DNA from: Sulfurimonas sp.
GTDB taxonomy: Bacteria > Campylobacterota > Campylobacteria > Campylobacterales > Sulfurimonadaceae
Assembly (NCBI GenBank): GCA_041672945.1
Contig: JBAYYR010000001.1
Location: 1-63,664 of the forward strand
Reading direction: 5' to 3'
DNA: 63,664 bases
Below are positions 61,232-63,664 of the stretch, in pieces. The number at the start of each line of letters is the position of its first letter. Position 1 is the first letter of the stretch. The position numbers and the translations under genes are program-made. The notes beneath the pieces are model-generated. The model saw only the letters and a program-made list of their open reading frames with translations. It was not told the origin of the DNA and searched no databases.

Positions 61232-61635
61232 TTTAGCTCCTCATCTTTAGCGATAGAATCAAGCACTCCGTTTATAAACTTAGGGGATTGTTCACTTCCA
61301 AATGATTTTGTTATCTCAACTGCTTCATTTATAACTACAGCACTATCAAGCCCACTACTAAGTATCTCATAAGCCCCTAGTCTAAGGGTAGCTCTCTCTA
61401 TCGCCCCAAGTCTATCAAACTCCCACTCTTTTAGGTGTTTTACTATAGCCTCATCTATCTTTTGTAGATTTTCTAGTGTACCATTGTAGAGTTCAAGGGC
61501 AAACTCTTTTTGTTTGTTTCTTATCTTTTTCTCTTCAAGTATCTCATCGGTATGAAGCTCACTATTGCCATTTCCAAGATCATGTGCATATAGCAGACTA
61601 ACAACTGCCATCCTTGCTTGTTGTCTAGTCGCCAT
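61228..61635 (-). CDS. nusB: transcription antitermination factor NusB
   Basis: ATRQQARMAVVSLLYA... Confidence 0.92.
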   Translation of the reverse strand: MATRQQARMAVVSLLYAHDLGNGNSELHTDEILEEKKIRNKQKEFALELYNGTLENLQKIDEAIVKHLKEWEFDRLGAIERATLRLGAYEILSSGLDSAVVINEAVEITKSFGSEQSPKFINGVLDSIAKDEELK

Positions 61636-62099
61636 TATATTTTCTCATAAAGATCTAACATCTCAATAACAACAGTCATCGCCTCAAAACCTTTATTTCC
61701 TGCTTTTGTTCCAGCTCTCTCTATCGCTTGTTCTATAGTGTCGGTTGTTAATAGTCCAAAAGATACTGGTTTTTTGTGTTTTAAACTAACAGTAGCTATA
61801 CCTTTGGTTGCCTCTGCACTTACATAGTCAAAGTGTGGGGTAGAGCCTCTTATAACAGCTCCAAGTGCGCAGATAGCATCATACTTACCACTGCTAAGGA
61901 GTTGTTCTATCACCATAGGTAGCTCAAATGCTCCTGGAGCTAGTACATGAGTTAGGTCGCTACTATCTCCACCGTGTCTGCTAAATGCATCTCTAGCCCC
62001 CTCAACAAGTCTATCTACTACAAAATGGTTCCATCTTGTGCTAACTATGGCGATTTTTTTGCCATTTATTACTCTTAGTTTTCCCTCTATTAGGTTCAT
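61635..62099 (-). CDS. ribH: 6,7-dimethyl-8-ribityllumazine synthase
   Basis: VPGAFELP-type motif (APGAFELP) and GSTPHFDYV. Confidence 0.95.
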   Translation of the reverse strand: MNLIEGKLRVINGKKIAIVSTRWNHFVVDRLVEGARDAFSRHGGDSSDLTHVLAPGAFELPMVIEQLLSSGKYDAICALGAVIRGSTPHFDYVSAEATKGIATVSLKHKKPVSFGLLTTDTIEQAIERAGTKAGNKGFEAMTVVIEMLDLYEKI

Positions 62100-62890
62100 T
62101 TTATCTCCCTTATCTGTTTTATAGTTTTTATAAGATTTGCTAAATCATTAAGTTTTATCATATTTGGTCCATCGCTTAGTGCTATAGATGGATCAAAGTG
62201 GGTCTCAAAGAAAAACCCATCTACTCCAACCGCCGCCGCCGCTTTTGCTAGATAGGGTATCATAGTGCTATCCCCCCCTGTTTTGCCACCTAATGAACCA
62301 GGTGCTTGAACAGAGTGAGTCGCATCAAATATAACAGGAGCAAACTCTCTCATAATGACAAGTGAGCGCATATCAACTACGATATTTCCATACCCAAAGC
62401 TACTACCCCTTTCACATAGATAGACTCCATGTTTTTGTGAGTTTTCAAAACTCACCTCATCACACCCTCTAGTTTTTAAAACCTTTAGAAGTGAGTGTTT
62501 CATATCGGGTGGGTTTATAAATTGCCCCTTTTTGATATTTATCTCTTTAGTTGTTTTTGCACACTCAACAAGTAGGTCTGTTTGGCGACATAAAAAAGCA
62601 GGAATCTGAAGCATATCGACAACTTCAGCTACCGCTTTTACTTGATGCGATTCATGAACATCGGTTACAACTTTGTAGCCAAAATCATCTTTTACTTTTT
62701 GAAGAATCCTAAGCCCCTCGTCTATACCAAGCCCTCTAAAGCTATCTAGTGAGGTTCGATTTGCTTTATCAAAGCTAGATTTGAAGTAAAAATCTACTTC
62801 ACTATCTTTTTGGTAAGACTCAAGCTCTTTTGCTATTTTAAAAATATTTGCTTCACTCTCTATAACACAAGGTCCAGCTAGTAGCTTCAT
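62096..62890 (-). CDS. kdsA: 3-deoxy-8-phosphooctulonate (KDO-8-P) synthase
   Basis: GPCVIES...DVHE...[12 protein letters not shown]...DATHS. Confidence 0.95.
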   Translation of the reverse strand: MKLLAGPCVIESEANIFKIAKELESYQKDSEVDFYFKSSFDKANRTSLDSFRGLGIDEGLRILQKVKDDFGYKVVTDVHESHQVKAVAEVVDMLQIPAFLCRQTDLLVECAKTTKEINIKKGQFINPPDMKHSLLKVLKTRGCDEVSFENSQKHGVYLCERGSSFGYGNIVVDMRSLVIMREFAPVIFDATHSVQAPGSLGGKTGGDSTMIPYLAKAAAAVGVDGFFFETHFDPSIALSDGPNMIKLNDLANLIKTIKQIREIK

Positions 62891-62931
62891 CTATTTAACC
62901 TTAATTTTTTTAAAAATATTATAACACAAAT

Positions 62932-63664
62932 TTACTTCTCTCTACCAACAAGAACCCCTGCTAAAACTATCAAAATAACCCCAAAGGTAGTTATAAGTGA
63001 TGGCAAATCATCGCCTAGCATAACCCCAACTAAGATAGCAAATGCTATATTTGAGTAACTCACAGCACTTGCAACCCCTGCTTTTGTAGTGGCATATGAT
63101 TTTGTCATATAGTATTGTGACATAGTGCCAAGCACCCCAAGCCCTATGATGTATAACCAAACTACCCCGCTAGGGACTACAAACTCACCAAGTAAAAAAT
63201 CAAGCTCATCTATATAAAAAAAGCTAGAGATAGCAAAAAGTATAATCGGTCCTATAGTTCCAACTAAAGTGAAAGATAAAACTATCATATTTGTCTCATA
63301 GTATTTTCTAAGCTCTCTTATAGATGTATAAGCTAAAGCTGCTCCTATGCCGCTAAATATACCAAGTAAATCGTACTTGCTTAGCCCAACACCGCTAGGT
63401 TGTGCTATAAGGATTATCCCTAAAAAACCGATAGCTATTGCCATCCAACCGCTAAAAGATAACCTCTCTTTTAAAAATAAGTATGCAAATAGTGCCGTAA
63501 AAAATGGTGCGGTTTTTGAGTAGGTAACAGCATCTCCAAGTGAGATGTGGGCGATATTGTAAAAGTAAGCAAGAAGTGATAAAAACCCCATAAGTCCACG
63601 AAAAAAGAGTAAAAAAGCTCTTCCGCCAACTGAGCTGATATTTGATTTGTATATAGCATAGCCT
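62932..63664 (-). CDS. DMT/EamA-family transporter, C-terminal about 244 codons (5-prime end beyond the right edge)
   Basis: An EamA-type TM pattern. The frame stays open upstream of the track Met (…GYAIYKSNISSVGGRAFLLFFRGLMGF…) to the window end. Confidence 0.75.
   Translation of the reverse strand, partial: GYAIYKSNISSVGGRAFLLFFRGLMGFLSLLAYFYNIAHISLGDAVTYSKTAPFFTALFAYLFLKERLSFSGWMAIAIGFLGIILIAQPSGVGLSKYDLLGIFSGIGAALAYTSIRELRKYYETNMIVLSFTLVGTIGPIILFAISSFFYIDELDFLLGEFVVPSGVVWLYIIGLGVLGTMSQYYMTKSYATTKAGVASAVSYSNIAFAILVGVMLGDDLPSLITTFGVILIVLAGVLVGREK

Noticed and set aside
62272-62278. A C7/G7 homopolymer inside kdsA, considered as a phase-variation tract.
   Set aside because: It is only 7 nt long, it encodes Gly-Gly in an essential, intact gene, and Campylobacter contingency tracts are usually longer and lie in surface-structure genes.
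63471-63659. A 62-aa ORF in an alternative frame at the right edge.
   Set aside because: It overlaps the EamA transporter frame, which stays open to the window end and continues the expected EamA N-terminal sequence.

Overview
The window looks like a gene-dense, mostly core chromosomal segment from a low-GC member of the Campylobacterota (epsilonproteobacteria). This is inferred from protein similarity and gene order that I recall from Campylobacter and Helicobacter; no search was run.

Content, left to right:
- prfA (partial) and rpsT.
- glmM-lspA.
- A tig-clpP-GGDEF-def-comM operon.
- A frameshifted metH.
- ccoG and a 1143-aa DUF748/AsmA-like protein.
- yeiH.
- A higBA toxin-antitoxin pair.
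- An unknown ORF coupled to a LapB-like gene, followed by rnhA-rnc-aroC-thiL.
- murB-fliQ and an Mqn-family gene.
- recA-eno-ftsB-like-AMIN.
- rnhB plus a P-loop ATPase.
- The complete S10-spc ribosomal cluster (rpsJ to rplO, then secY-map-infA).
- A four-gene reverse-strand block: chorismate mutase, CvfB-like, SplB-like radical SAM and a pentahaem cytochrome c.
- rpmJ and the alpha operon (rpsM-rpsK-rpsD-rpoA-rplQ).
- nfu-murE, panD, ybaB, ispA and tkt.
- A small AT-rich islet: HTH gene, repeat array, Sel1 mini-ORF and CDGSH protein.
- The recG-M16-mqnC-nusB-ribH-kdsA operon and a partial EamA transporter.

I found no rRNA, tRNA, CRISPR array, transposase or integrase.

I do not see an unambiguous new multi-gene system. 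The best candidates for follow-up are:
1. The reverse-strand block that splits infA from rpmJ. Its orphan pentahaem cytochrome sits behind a perfect FNR/CRP-type palindrome.
2. The HTH / repeat-array / Sel1 / CDGSH islet after tkt.
3. A catalytically degenerate GGDEF protein with an intact I-site inside the tig-clpP-def operon.
4. A one-base frameshift that splits metH.
5. A P-loop ATPase whose gene overlaps rnhB next to the S10 operon.

All functional calls rest on reading the translated ORFs and on recalled family signatures, not on database searches.
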